Below, one piece after another: positions 10,315 to 21,850 of a stretch of 64,000 nucleotides of DNA (positions within the stretch are counted from its first letter, which is position 1; every line of letters starts with the position of its first letter). The notes under the pieces were generated by a model. The model had not been told where the DNA came from, ran no database searches, and saw only the letters and a program-made list of their open reading frames with translations. The stretch is from a virus: IMG/VR virus record IMGVR_UViG_3300037507_004165, positions 90,138 to 154,137 of that record; one strand, given 5' to 3'. The translations under genes and the position numbers were made by a program.

Positions 10315-10955
10315 AAACATTAAACGCTACAGAAACAATAAAGAAAGTCTCTCTACTTCTTGATAGAAAAGAAAGATTTGCTTTTGTAACATACACTAGA
10401 TCAGCAATATTCTCAATGACTGGTGAATTGAGTGGAGATAAAAAGCCACCCAAAAATTTTCTAAAACTTATATCCATGAGCTTAGATAACAACAGTTCAG
10501 GATTTATAAAGGCAGCTCAAAGAGATCTAATTAAGTCAAGTGTTGACAAGATAGCTCAAAATGGAAATTCAACTGTTTCCAATGAAGTATTCTATGACCC
10601 ATCTTTTTTAGAGTATTACATCAACACTAATTATGACATATTCAAGACATTCACCTCATGGTATCTTAAAACAACTAAAGTTATTATAGTATCTTTCCAA
10701 AATAAGAGTTCTATATCAAAGTATTTTTCTCCAGATTCCATATACATACAAGTACCATACAATGATTTCTATTCGAGAATAGACTCAATAACACAGGAAA
10801 TAATTGAAAAGAGCTCAGAAACATCCCTATGTGTTCTCGACTGCCCAATGCTGAGTACTGCGCTAGCTCAGAATCTATGGGAAAAAAGTAATATGTCAAT
10901 CTTAGATCTCGGAAGAACCTTAACGGTAGCTAGATCTTTGAATAGAAATAAATGA
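10311..10955 (+). CDS. Hypothetical protein, possibly glycosyltransferase-associated
   Basis: ATGA overlap start at 10311; C-terminal ILDLG motif. Confidence 0.6.
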   Translation: MKTLNATETIKKVSLLLDRKERFAFVTYTRSAIFSMTGELSGDKKPPKNFLKLISMSLDNNSSGFIKAAQRDLIKSSVDKIAQNGNSTVSNEVFYDPSFLEYYINTNYDIFKTFTSWYLKTTKVIIVSFQNKSSISKYFSPDSIYIQVPYNDFYSRIDSITQEIIEKSSETSLCVLDCPMLSTALAQNLWEKSNMSILDLGRTLTVARSLNRNK

Positions 10956-11605
10956 GTTCACTTTCTCAGAAATCAAAAGAAGTTCTAAACAATAGAATAA
11001 AAAGTTTGTTGTTTGAAACAAACATGTCAATTCCCTCTATTGCTAAAGAACTGGCAATGACCTACGCTGAGCTAGATAAAACTTTAAAAAGAATTGGTTT
11101 GCAGTGGGTTAAAGACCACAGAAGAAAAATGTCTAAAGGGCAAACTCTTTTGACAAGTATTTTAGAAAAATTATTGCCAGGAGAAAATATAGTAAATGAA
11201 TTCCATTTAGGTGAAAGACTAAAGCTAGATGTATACTGCCCTAGTTATAAGCTTGGTCTAGAGTATCATGGAATTCAACACTTTAAATACAGTAGCATGT
11301 TCTTTGATTCAAGAGAAGAGTTTCTTGAGGCACAGAAACGAGATCAGAGAAAGATAGAGCTATGCAACGAACAAAATATTTTATTAGTTGTTTTCAGATA
11401 TGATGATAAACTAACAGAAGAAGCTGTTTACGACAGGGTGTTGACAGCAATAAGAAATTCAAGCTATACTGTCACGCAAAAGAAAAAATCTACAGTAGTT
11501 GACAATGATTTTTACAAAGAAATGAAGAAGAAAAAATCAGAATATAACAAAAAGATGTATAAAAGACTGAAGGAAAAGAAGAAAAAGAATGACAGAAGTC
11601 GTTAA
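10952..11605 (+). CDS. HTH plus PD-(D/E)XK (Vsr/DUF559-like) endonuclease
   Basis: LDVY...LEYHGIQH...RD.RK...C pattern. Confidence 0.75.
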   Translation: MSSLSQKSKEVLNNRIKSLLFETNMSIPSIAKELAMTYAELDKTLKRIGLQWVKDHRRKMSKGQTLLTSILEKLLPGENIVNEFHLGERLKLDVYCPSYKLGLEYHGIQHFKYSSMFFDSREEFLEAQKRDQRKIELCNEQNILLVVFRYDDKLTEEAVYDRVLTAIRNSSYTVTQKKKSTVVDNDFYKEMKKKKSEYNKKMYKRLKEKKKKNDRSR

Positions 11606-13058
11606 TGAAGAGGTTCCAAATTATCCTTTGGAATATCAGGTATTTGCTCTAGCCCTAAGAAACAAAGGTGCTATACAGTACTTTGATATAAACCTTCCAG
11701 AAGAGGCTGTAGGCGCTGTCAGTGGACAACTGGGCCTAAATGAGTTCTATAAAGCTCTGCTGTCTTATTATAGGGTTACTAAATTAGATTCTGTAGATCC
11801 AATTGCATTTAAAGCTTGGCTTGAATCAGAAACAGATATTCACACTGCGCTAGGTGGATCAATCGGCGTTGAAACAATAATGGATATCTTGATGTCAATT
11901 CAAGTATCCAATGAAGAATCTATAACGCAAATACTAAAGCACAGATCTAATAAGAAAAAGCAGCTAGATATTTTGCAGGAATTGCAGTTTCTTCTAACAC
12001 AAAAGGGTGAAAAGACTCCAAAGGAAATTGCAAGAATTTCTGAGATAACAGCAGAAATAAAAAACCTTGAGAATGATCTAAATTTTAATCCATTAGATAC
12101 AGTTGTAACAGCTCAAGATATTTCCAAAAGAGCGGAATCTCTTTTGGATATTCCAAGCTTTCTTCCAACTCAGTTCAAAGCACTCAATAGGGCGATGGGT
12201 TACACTGATGATGGAGGTTTTTTTAGAGGTGCAGTTCACGCAATTATTGCACCATCCGGCAAAGGTAAAAGTACTTTTGCCAAATGCCTGGTTAATAACT
12301 GGGCAGATTGCGGTCACAAAGTTTTGTATGTTAATTTTGAAGAAGCAGTTCCACACTGGGAAAGAGTGTTAATGACCCAGATAATAGAAAAGAATGTTTA
12401 CGCTGAGGCAGCAAATTGGTCAGATAAAGAAAAAGAAGAGAATCTAAAAAAATTTCAAGACAAACTTAATGAGTGGGGAGATAGGTTCATGGTTAGACAT
12501 GATCCAGATACTCCATATTTTGAAGACCTCGAAAAGTGGCTTAGAAGCATCATGCCCCACGATGAGCTAGTTCCTGATGTGATAGTTATAGATACTATCC
12601 AGTCAATGTTTACAAGATCTACTGGAAAGGGCAAGCCTAGATGGGGTGAGTTTGAGGAAATGATGGTCAGATTAGAAAAACTTGCCAGAGACATGGACTG
12701 TGTATTGATAATCACTGCTCAAGAAAATGCAAATAGAATGAAAGAAAGAAGAGAGGTAGTCCAACAATCCGATACAGGAGGATCACTATCCATACAACAA
12801 AAGTGTGCCGTAACAATCTTCATCACAGAGAAAAAGCTAATTAGCGGAGATGATTCTGAAGATGAAAATATTATGCAGTTACAAATACCAAAAAATAGAA
12901 TAACTGGTTCTACGTATTTATACAATTCTCCACTAGTAAAGTATGTTGATCAGCACAAGAAATATGTTGAGTATGAGCCAATTACAAGTGATTCATATTC
13001 TAAAATAGTAAACTCTGAAGACATTCAGGAATTAATCTCTAGTATTAGTATAGTGTAG
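11589..13058 (+). CDS. dnaB: Replicative DnaB-like helicase
   Basis: Walker A APSGKGKS, FEE, VIVIDTIQ, TAQ and KNR. Confidence 0.85.
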   Translation: MTEVVNEEVPNYPLEYQVFALALRNKGAIQYFDINLPEEAVGAVSGQLGLNEFYKALLSYYRVTKLDSVDPIAFKAWLESETDIHTALGGSIGVETIMDILMSIQVSNEESITQILKHRSNKKKQLDILQELQFLLTQKGEKTPKEIARISEITAEIKNLENDLNFNPLDTVVTAQDISKRAESLLDIPSFLPTQFKALNRAMGYTDDGGFFRGAVHAIIAPSGKGKSTFAKCLVNNWADCGHKVLYVNFEEAVPHWERVLMTQIIEKNVYAEAANWSDKEKEENLKKFQDKLNEWGDRFMVRHDPDTPYFEDLEKWLRSIMPHDELVPDVIVIDTIQSMFTRSTGKGKPRWGEFEEMMVRLEKLARDMDCVLIITAQENANRMKERREVVQQSDTGGSLSIQQKCAVTIFITEKKLISGDDSEDENIMQLQIPKNRITGSTYLYNSPLVKYVDQHKKYVEYEPITSDSYSKIVNSEDIQELISSISIV

Positions 13059-13063
13059 GTAAC

Positions 13064-13876
13064 ATGATTCAGATTAGCATTCAGCAATTAAAAGATTTTC
13101 AAACGTGTGAAAGATTATATGATTTTCGATACAACGAAAAGCTTCCAGAAACAATTGGCAGTAGAACTTTAAACACTATTAAATTTGAAAATACAATTAA
13201 GAGTATCGTTCATTACTTCTTTTATAAAAAACAAGCTGGCATAACTCCATCTTACTCATCGCTTTTAAATAGATGGGAAAAGCTTTGGTTTCCAAAGGAT
13301 TCTTCATCATATGATATTATCTACGAACAACACGAAACACTGTATGGAAATATGGCCAGCCTAACAACAAAGGCAGCATCAGTACTCATGGAGTTAATAG
13401 AGAATTTTGGTGATTCCAATTTGATTCCAATTGGGATAGACGAAGATTTCATAGCTCCAATTACCTCAAGAGTAGCTGTTAAAGATAAGTTCGATTTAAT
13501 TTACTTCAAGGACGGCAAAGTGCACGTACTTAAGTGGATGTTTAATTATAAGTTAAAATATCAACATACTTATATGGTAGATTTTTCTATTATGAATGTT
13601 GGATATCAAAACAAATTTGGAAACAAAGTGCACGAAGCAAAGTTCGGCTACTTTGACTTATTAAATCAAAAATCTTACTTCAATGAATTTATAGTAGAAC
13701 AAGGTGATATCGAGGCTGTAAAATATTGGTGTGATTCTATAGTAGACGAAGAAACTTTCCCTTCTAGAAGGGGATTAACTTCGTACTGCAAAGTGTGCCC
13801 CTATGACAAGCCCTGCAGTAAATGGACATCATGGAATAATAAGGAGAATAAAGATGGCAAAGCAAGAAAAAGATAA
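13064..13876 (+). CDS. PD-(D/E)XK/RecB-like protein with Fe-S Cys pattern, possibly degenerate
   Basis: N-terminal FQTCER and C-terminal CKVCPY...C. Catalytic DxK replaced by KW. Confidence 0.65.
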   Translation: MIQISIQQLKDFQTCERLYDFRYNEKLPETIGSRTLNTIKFENTIKSIVHYFFYKKQAGITPSYSSLLNRWEKLWFPKDSSSYDIIYEQHETLYGNMASLTTKAASVLMELIENFGDSNLIPIGIDEDFIAPITSRVAVKDKFDLIYFKDGKVHVLKWMFNYKLKYQHTYMVDFSIMNVGYQNKFGNKVHEAKFGYFDLLNQKSYFNEFIVEQGDIEAVKYWCDSIVDEETFPSRRGLTSYCKVCPYDKPCSKWTSWNNKENKDGKARKR

Positions 13877-14540
13877 TATACTTGATGAAATTCTTTCAGA
13901 AAAGGTTGTTTCTTCCTCAATAAAAGAGGAGGATAAGGTCCTAGAACCACTTTTAGATGAAATCAATCTTATTGAAGACGAGGGTATAAAATCTTTTGTC
14001 AGATCTATTTTGTATAGAGCTGATGGATTTTGGGAAATACCAGCAAGTTTTTCTGGAAAGCACCATCCATTAGACGAAAGATGTCCAGGTGGCAATGTGT
14101 TGCATACAAAGAGAGCAGTCAGAGTTGGCTGCGTATTGGCAGATTCCTATTCTCTCTCAACAGAAGAGAGAGATGTGATAGTCGCCGCACTCCTACTGCA
14201 CGATATAACCAAGGGCATTAAGCCTCAGACTTCCGATAAGTATTATTATGACCCTATGCATCCGTATACAGCCGGATCTTTTATTAAAAAATGCCAAGAA
14301 GAAGATAGAAATTTTGCTTCGGAATCGCAATCATCAACATTGTTTATAAACGAAGATGACGTACAAACGATATTAAGACTTATTAGATGTCACCTAGGCC
14401 CATGGTCGCCAGTACCAGAAACAACGCCAATTACCTACATGGATATGATTGTCCACTTATCAGACAATGTGTCATCTAAGCTACATATAATAGTAGATGG
14501 AGAAGAAATAGTTAAGGAAAGATGGGATGTCAGACAATAG
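13854..14540 (+). CDS. HD-domain phosphohydrolase
   Basis: Motifs PAS..GKHH, HT, LLHD, H.GPW and VHLSD. AAGGAG RBS before the ATG at 13854. Confidence 0.85.
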   Translation: MAKQEKDNILDEILSEKVVSSSIKEEDKVLEPLLDEINLIEDEGIKSFVRSILYRADGFWEIPASFSGKHHPLDERCPGGNVLHTKRAVRVGCVLADSYSLSTEERDVIVAALLLHDITKGIKPQTSDKYYYDPMHPYTAGSFIKKCQEEDRNFASESQSSTLFINEDDVQTILRLIRCHLGPWSPVPETTPITYMDMIVHLSDNVSSKLHIIVDGEEIVKERWDVRQ

Positions 14541-14697
14541 CACTGATGATACTCTTCTAAAAAGATTTACTCTGCTTAAAAAAATGGAGTATTACTTAGA
14601 AGAGTCTGTATACTATAGAACGCACTTTGACGACATGCCGTCAAAAAGCACCCTTCTTAAAAAAGACGAAGAAATAGGAAAAATGCTAGTAACATGA
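14527..14697 (+). CDS. Small hypothetical protein (56 aa)
   Basis: ATG 14527 to TGA 14697, overlapping the primase ATG. Confidence 0.55.
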   Translation: MSDNSTDDTLLKRFTLLKKMEYYLEESVYYRTHFDDMPSKSTLLKKDEEIGKMLVT

Positions 14698-15891
14698 AAA
14701 TAAACAGTGAGAATAACTATTTAAGGTCGTGGAACATATACGAAGTTGCTAGGTTTGTGCCGACATTAAATAGGGTTATAAGAGATAAGAATATGTTTTT
14801 AACTGCAAATGAGATAGAAAAATACGCAGTAAAATACAAAAACACTGGCATATATACATCTGTCTTTGCCTATGATACGGAAGACTTAGAAAGAGCCACA
14901 AGATTACGGTCCCCTGTATTTCGACCTAGATAGTGCGGACTATTCAATAGCATACGAAGAGTGCATTAGGCTGTATGAATACCTTCTGCAGTTTGTGCCA
15001 GCCAGCTCCATATTAGTTTATTTTACTGGAAAAAAGGGTTTTCATATAGAATGCGAACCAGTTGCACTTGGGATAAACCCAAATAATTCTCTTCCAAAAA
15101 CCTTTAGATATATAGCAACTAAATTAAAATCAAGTTTGTCTATTTCAAGCTTAGACCTCAGTGTATATGATGCAAGAAGAATGTGGAGATTGGCTGGGTC
15201 GATACATCAAGATACTGGTCTGTATAAAACTCTACTGAATCCACATGGTGGTCAGTCAATTTTACTTGGAAACGAAGAAGAAATTAAAAAGTATGCAGCG
15301 GCCCCCCAATCTTTAGAAGTTGCTGAGCAGTTGTTTTCCTATAAAGCTAATGAATGGTATAGAGAAAATATTTATAATCTTGAAGAGGATGAAAAGAAAA
15401 AGGATAATCCATTAGAGTATTTTAACAAGTATGGTTCTAGAGCTTTTAAAAATCTTCAACCTTCCGAAAAAGTATTTGATCAATCGACTCTAATGAAAAA
15501 CTGTTCCGCAGTATCAAGATTGAAGGCTCAAGCTGAAAATGAGCACTTCCTAGAACACGAAGCTAGACTGTTCCTCTGCTCCATACTTAGCTATACTGAA
15601 GATAGTATAAAATTTCTTCATGAGATCTTAAGTAATTGCAGCGATTATAACTTTGATAAATCTTCTGCTCATATAAATGATTGGATCAAAAGAAGACAGA
15701 TGGGCATTGGTGGAAGACCCTATACTTGTGATAGGGCAAACTCGGTTGGTGTTGGTTGCGGTGACTGCAATTTGGAAAGAAAAAATAAATGGACTCAGAT
15801 AGGATCTAAGTTTGTTGAAACAAATGAGAAATCATCTCCCTCGCCAGTCAGATATGCATATAAAAGCCTAAGAAAGGAAAACAATGAGTAA
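14694..15891 (+). CDS. Archaeo-eukaryotic-type primase with C-terminal Fe-S (PriL-like) domain; 398 aa after a +1 shift at CGGT 14907-14910
   Basis: Joining gives RL-G-PLYFDLD (AEP motif I), FTGKKGFH (motif II), VYD.RR.WRL, and C-terminal C..C...CGDC. Confidence 0.88.
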
Positions 15892-16090
15892 TATAAAAGA
15901 TCCAGATGATGTAATAGGGGTTTGTTCTGAGTGTAAATCGGATCAACCAATGTCTTACATGTATAAGAATCCATTTGCTCAAGGTGGTAAGCCAGTGCCT
16001 TGCAAGTATTGTGGTGGCGTAGTAATAATTTCTTACAGAGAAAGAAGAAACGAGTCGCTTGAAAGTTCCGATAAGGAAAGAGGAATATAA
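15884..16090 (+). CDS. Zinc-ribbon protein
   Basis: CSEC...CKYC. Confidence 0.7.
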   Translation: MSNIKDPDDVIGVCSECKSDQPMSYMYKNPFAQGGKPVPCKYCGGVVIISYRERRNESLESSDKERGI

Positions 16091-16091
16091 G

Positions 16092-19000
16092 TTGAAGAAC
16101 TGGACCAACCTGCACAATCATACAACGTACTCAATGTTGGATGGTCATGGAAAGGTAGAGGCATACTTCGACAAGGCTAAGTCTCTTGGGATGATGGGCT
16201 TAGCTACTACTGACCATGGAAATATACACTCTTGGTTGGACTTTTACGATGCAGCTAAAGCTTCTGGAATTAATCCAATACTTGGTTCAGAATTTTATCA
16301 AGCTAGAAAAACAAGATTAGATAGAGATGAAGAGGAGAGATCTGGTCCAGCAAAAAATGAGTGGGAGCAGAGAGGCCCATACCATATAACAATATTGGCA
16401 AAGAACAACACTGGGTATCACAATCTAATCAAGATGTCTTCAAGATCTTTTTTGGAAGGATATTACGTAAAGCCAAGACTAGATCATGAGCTAATCTCCC
16501 AACATTCGGAAGGAATTATAGTTCTTTCAGGCTGTCTAAACGGAGAGATAGCTCAAGCGCTCCTTAGAGATGATTACGATTTTGCCGTTAGACAAGCAGC
16601 AATGATGCAGGAAATAGTTGGCAAAGAAAATTACTTTATAGAAATCCAAAATCATGGACTTAAAGAGCAACTACGAATAAATGATTCGTTAATAAAGATA
16701 GCTAGAACAATAGGGGCAAAAATAGTTCCTACTGGCGACTGCCACTACGTGCACAAGGAAGACGCTAGAGCGCACGACATAATGCTTTGTGTGTCAACAA
16801 ACTCCAATATAAATACTGAAAATAGATTTTCTTTTTCTGGAGATAATTTTTATCTAAAATCATACGAAGAAATGTCTTCGATATTTTCAGAAGAATGGTT
16901 AAAAAATACCATGCACGTCAACGACATGGTTAACATAGATCTTAATTTTGGGGAACTATATTTTCCCCACTTTCCACTACCAGAAAACAAAGACACTAAT
17001 TCATACTTGGAAGAATTAGCCTGGGAAGGTCTTAAAAAGAAATATGGCGATCCACTCCCAACTCATGTTTTGGATAGGGCAAACCATGAGCTAAAGGTCG
17101 TAAAAGAAATGGGATATCCAGAGTACTTTTTAGTAGTTTCTGATCTCGTTGGGTGGGCAAAAAATAATGGCATAAGAGTTGGTTGGGGTAGAGGATCTGC
17201 TGCTGGAAGCATCTTGTCTTATGCACTCGGTATTACCAATTTAGATCCATTAAAGTTTGGACTTTTATTTGAAAGATTCTTAGTTGAGGGCAGAAAGTCT
17301 ATGCCAGATATTGATTTGGATTTTGACGATAGACACAGAGACCGTGTAATAGATTACGCTAGACAAAAATATCGGAGAAGACAAAGTAGCGCATATTTGT
17401 ACTTTTAATAAAACTGGGGCAAGACAATCTATTAGGGACGCAGCAAGAGCTCTTGCCTACGATTTCAGCGGTGGAGATAAGGTAGCAAAATTAGTTCCAG
17501 CTCCAGTGCTGGGGATATCCAAGAACTTATCAGAGTGCATGGAAGTAGACGAATTTAGAAAGCTTTATGAATCAGATGACGATGCAAAACTGATAGTTGA
17601 TACAGCCTTTGGTTTGGAAGGTCTGATAAGACAGACCGGCATGCACGCCGCTGGAGTAGTTATTTCAAGAGATCCACTTACGGAGTATCTCCCTATTATG
17701 CAAAAGGGTGTAGATAACCCAGTGATTACTCAATGGGATATGGGTAGAGTTGAGCAGTGCGGCCTGCTAAAAATTGACTTTCTTGGTTTAAGAAATCTTG
17801 GCGTGATAGATTCGTGCATAAAGCTGGTTAAGAAAACTAGAAACATTGTCATAGATGTTGACTCTATTCCTCTAAATGACTATAAAACATTTAACGAATT
17901 GTGCAAAGGTAACGCTGTAGGAGTTTTCCAGCTAGAGTCTGCTGGTATGAGAGAGTTAATGGTTCAGCTTCAGCCTCAAAATGTTGAAGATATTATGGCG
18001 CTGATATCCCTTTACCGTCCAGGCCCAATGGGGTCAGGAATGGATAAGCTATATATCTCTAGAAAGCATTCTAGAACAGCAATTGAATATGACCATCCAA
18101 GTCTTGAAAAGGTACTTGGTCCCTCCCTGGGCATCATGCTATACCAGGAAGATGTTCTTGGAGTAGCAAGAGAACTCGCCGGGTTTTCTTCAGCAGAAGC
18201 CGATGATTTAAGAAAAGTAATCGGCAAAAAACTAATGGACAAAATTGCACTCTTTAGGCAGAAGTTTGTCAACGGATGCGTAAGTAAATATAATATTTCA
18301 CAAGACAAAGCTAATAAGATTTATTCAGACATAGAGTATTTTGGTGGCTACGGATTCAATAGAGCTCACGCTGCAAGCTACGCAATGATTTCTTATATCA
18401 CAGCATACCTGAAGTTCAATTATACAGCGGAGTACATGGCTGCTCTTTTAAGTTCTGTTGTTGGAAATAAAGACAAACTAGCTCTTTATCTATCTGATTG
18501 TAGAAAACTTGGCCTAAAAGTATTGCCACCATCTATAAATAAATCAGTTGAAGATTTTGCTGTAATAGATGAAACAAGTATTATCTTTGGATTCTCTGCC
18601 ATAAATGGAATTGGATATGCCGTATCAGAAGCAATTTTAGCTGCAAGAGACGATAAAAATCCCTACACATCGATGCATGACTTCTTCAGAAGAACTTCTT
18701 CTTCTGTTTTAAAAAAATCAACAATAGAAAACTTAGCTGCTTCTGGTTCATTTGATGAATTAATAGAATCTGTTTTAGACGACGATTTTGGTAGACAAAC
18801 AGAATTAAGAATTCTAGAAAAAGAAAAAGAATCGATAGGAATATATGTTTCAAAAAACCCAGTAGATGGAGTTTGGGATCTTCTTTCTAAGAATTTAACT
18901 AATGAAATAATATCTCTTTCAGAAATGCCAGCTGGATCTAGAGTTTCTATAGGCGGAATAGTTTCTTCAGCCAAAAAAATAATAACTAAAAAGGGAGCTA

Positions 19001-19419
19001 AAATGTTTAAATTTACCCTTCAAGATATATCATCTGATATTGAGGTTATTGTTTTTCCCAGGGAAGCAAGAAATTTTGAAGATGACTTTTTTCAAAATGG
19101 TGATGTGATAACTGTGACTGGGGCGATTAGTAAAGACGGCGATGAAGAAAACGCAGTAACAAAAGTCTTGTTGAACGCATGCTCAAAGCTAGATTTAAGT
19201 AATTTTGCTGGCGGTACACCAATCTATCTAGAGGTAAATAAAGACTTGGATCCAAAAGTATTGGATAATATGTATGATATAATAAAATCTAACAACGGTG
19301 GTTCTTTTGTGTTTCTGACATACTCAGAAAATGGAAAGAAACTAACCTTTAAATTTAATAAAAAAACATCTATTACTATTAAAGATAAGTTAGAATCACT
19401 TTTAAATGGAGATAAATAA
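16092..19419 (+). CDS. dnaE: DNA polymerase III alpha subunit; ~1108 aa after a +1 shift at CGGA 17373-17376
   Basis: PHP motif LHNHT.YS.LDG, GRGSAAGS, MPDIDLDF, junction KY-G-EDKVAHICTF, HAAGVV, KIDFLGLRNL, YGFNRAHA, OB fold. Confidence 0.95.
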
Positions 19420-19784
19420 TGACTACTGGAAATTTCTATACCAATCCAAGCACCAAGCATTGCTGGGTGTTTTGCCCGTCATGCAATAGATGCCAGGACA
19501 AGGGCAGGTACACCAAGTGCAACGGCTGCAGTGGAAGATTTGACCCCAAGGGGTGTATAGACCCAGATCCAGATGATTTTTGCGACTGCAAAAATGGTGT
19601 TCTTCGCTGGAGAACCCAAAATGGGAAACTTGTAATGGTAAGATTTAAAACTAATCCATTTAAAGGGGAAGTAAAGTACTCTAAAAAGAGCCAAGATGAA
19701 AGAGACTGGGACTCTTATGTTAATGACATGAGAGAAAAAATGGATGATCCAAATTTCAATCCAGTAACAATTTACGAGGAATAA
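19419..19784 (+). CDS. Cys-rich hypothetical protein
   Basis: Multiple CxxC motifs; GGAG RBS. Confidence 0.7.
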   Translation: MTTGNFYTNPSTKHCWVFCPSCNRCQDKGRYTKCNGCSGRFDPKGCIDPDPDDFCDCKNGVLRWRTQNGKLVMVRFKTNPFKGEVKYSKKSQDERDWDSYVNDMREKMDDPNFNPVTIYEE

Positions 19785-19785
19785 A

Positions 19786-19989
19786 ATGAAACAAGAAATT
19801 GGTAGAGTTATCCTTAACAATATAACACTAGTTGAATATGACGCTGGCAACGGAGAAACAAGCTTCTTTATCCAATGTGGTGTAGCTGGATTCCACGCAA
19901 CTCAAAAAGAGTTAAGCAACATAGCAAGTGTAATTAATTATCATCAAAATATAGAAACATTTGATGATATTATTATTTCAATTAAATAA
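19786..19989 (+). CDS. Hypothetical protein
   Basis: GAGGA RBS. Confidence 0.6.
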   Translation: MKQEIGRVILNNITLVEYDAGNGETSFFIQCGVAGFHATQKELSNIASVINYHQNIETFDDIIISIK

Positions 19990-19998
19990 GGAGATAAG

Positions 19999-20187
19999 AT
20001 GCCCTGGCCCTACAACGAAAATGATTTTATGGAAATAGGTGACACTGGTTGGGTGCCAGTTGGAGAGGGTAAATATAAGAATATTTACACTGGACATATG
20101 ATAGATGAAAATGGAAATGAATATGATTCTAATGGAGATTTAATATCCGAAGGAGAACATAGCCCTGAAGATGGAGATTATAAATAA
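19999..20187 (+). CDS. Small acidic hypothetical protein
   Basis: AAGGAG RBS. Confidence 0.6.
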   Translation: MPWPYNENDFMEIGDTGWVPVGEGKYKNIYTGHMIDENGNEYDSNGDLISEGEHSPEDGDYK

Positions 20188-20987
20188 ATGAGCTCAATTG
20201 AAATAAAGTCAGTAGAAGAAATTGATTATTTTAAAAAACTTACACTAACTGAATTTAGCTACTCTAGGATAGACACGTATGAGATGTGCCCGTCGAAATA
20301 TTTCTTTTCCTATATAAAGAAAGAGCCTAGGCAGTTCTCCGCACCGGCTGTTTTGCGGAAATATAATACACTCTGTTTTAGAGGATAATGTTTCCAAAAC
20401 TGATCCGCTAAGCTTTCAGCGGACTTCAAAGTAAATATGAAGAATATAAAGAAAAGTTTGATCCGTCCAATCAAATTAGTGTAGAGCTGATATCAGCTGG
20501 CGATCAAATACTTGCAGACGTATACGACACATATGGTGAAAGAACGTTTGATGTATTTGAAAAAGAAATGGAATTTAATTTCATTATAGGAAATTACAGC
20601 ATAATAGGGTATATCGATAGGGTAGATATGCATGACGACTATTTAGAGATTATTGATTATAAAACTGGGAAAAGGGAGGTAGCACAAAAAGATGTGCACA
20701 ACAATCTCCAGCTAGGAATATATGCTTTAGCCGCCTCAATTAAATTTCCAGATAAGAAAATAGTTGCTTCCTTACATTATTTAAGAAGTGGTAGAATTAA
20801 ATCTCACACCTTTTCCCCAGAAGATATTGAAAGAGTTAAAGAAAATCTAATTGAAAAGATTAATTTAATTATAAACGATTGTAACTTTACCCCGACAAAA
20901 AATGAAAGAGTGTGTTATTTTTGCGACCATGCTAAGAGCGGGGCGTGTGCAACTGGGGCTGGCAGATTAAAAAGAGCCAATAGATAA
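20188..20987 (+). CDS. RecB/AddB-like PD-(D/E)XK exonuclease; 265 aa after two +1 shifts (CGGA 20356-20359 and 20420-20423)
   Basis: Motifs SYSRIDTYEMCP, joined AVL-G-NIIH.VLE, E.EF, GYIDRVD, IIDYKTG, QL.IYA and CYFC. Confidence 0.88.
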
Positions 20988-20992
20988 TAAAA

Positions 20993-21016
20993 AACCCAGG
21001 GCTTTCGCCCTGGGTT
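20993..21016. terminator. Bidirectional intrinsic terminator
   Basis: AACCCAGGGC-TTTC-GCCCTGGGTT between convergent genes, preceded by an A-tract. Confidence 0.75.
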
Positions 21017-21039
21017 ATATTGTAATATGTAATATCTAA

Positions 21040-21210
21040 TTAGAATTGAGCTACAGGATTCTGCTCGCTTGAGGTAATGATGTCAAAATCATTCTCCTCA
21101 ACAAGCTTTACTGCCTCATCAAAGCTAAGGCCAAGGTCGGTAAGACCCTCTGCAGCCAGGGCATTGATGTTGTTCTTCATGCTGGTGAAGATTGTGTTTG
21201 TAACTGACAT
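21040..21210 (-). CDS. Small acidic hypothetical protein (56 aa)
   Basis: AAGGAG RBS before the ATG at 21210. Confidence 0.6.
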   Translation of the reverse strand: MSVTNTIFTSMKNNINALAAEGLTDLGLSFDEAVKLVEENDFDIITSSEQNPVAQF

Positions 21211-21302
21211 TGTATTTCTCCTTATGGATTGTTTACTTGAAAGTATGTTGAATATCAAGTATAATATAATTACTTTGACACATAAAGGATATCAGATAGA
21301 TT

Positions 21303-21849
21303 ATGCAAATAGCAACTCCCAACGAATATTTTTTCTCTAGGTCTGGATTGAAAAATGAACCCAAGACGAAGAAGGCCAATAGCGCCAAGGAGCATGCAGA
21401 TATTATAGCTCCTAAGGGACGGAAAAGGCAACGCCTACAGGCATACAAAATCTGGGTTTAGAAAAGATCTTGATCTAAATATGAGGTCTAATTGGGAGGC
21501 AAACTTTGCTAGGATACTCAACTTATATAAAATCAAATTTGATTTCGAACCAAAAACATTTCCATTTCCGATTAAAAGGGGAACAAAATCTTACACGCCA
21601 GATTTTTATCTGAAGTCTACAAAAGAATGGGTTGAGATAAAGGGCTATCTTGACGACAAGAGCAAGATTAAAATAAAAAGATTTAAAAAATATTATCCTG
21701 AAGAGTTTGAAAAACTAACTTTCATTATAAGCAAGTACTCATCCGATGCAAAGAAATTTGCAGAAGATATTGGAATAAACAAAGTTATGTTTTACGAAGA
21801 CATAAAAAATTGTTACTCAGATAAAATATATCCATGGGAAGGAAAGTGA
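21303..21849 (+). CDS. PD-(D/E)XK endonuclease; 181 aa after a +1 shift at CGGA 21420-21423
   Basis: Joined PKG-G-KGNAYRHTKSGFRKDL...RSNWE, then YTPDF and EIKG. Confidence 0.75.
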
Positions 21850-21850
21850 A

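Noticed and set aside
17373-17506. Split DnaE via a split intein or an intron
   Set aside because: No intein termini or intervening sequence; the halves join seamlessly with a single extra base.
13064-20987. CRISPR-Cas (Cas4-like nucleases, HD protein)
   Set aside because: No repeat-spacer array or other cas genes; these are ordinary phage replication-module proteins.
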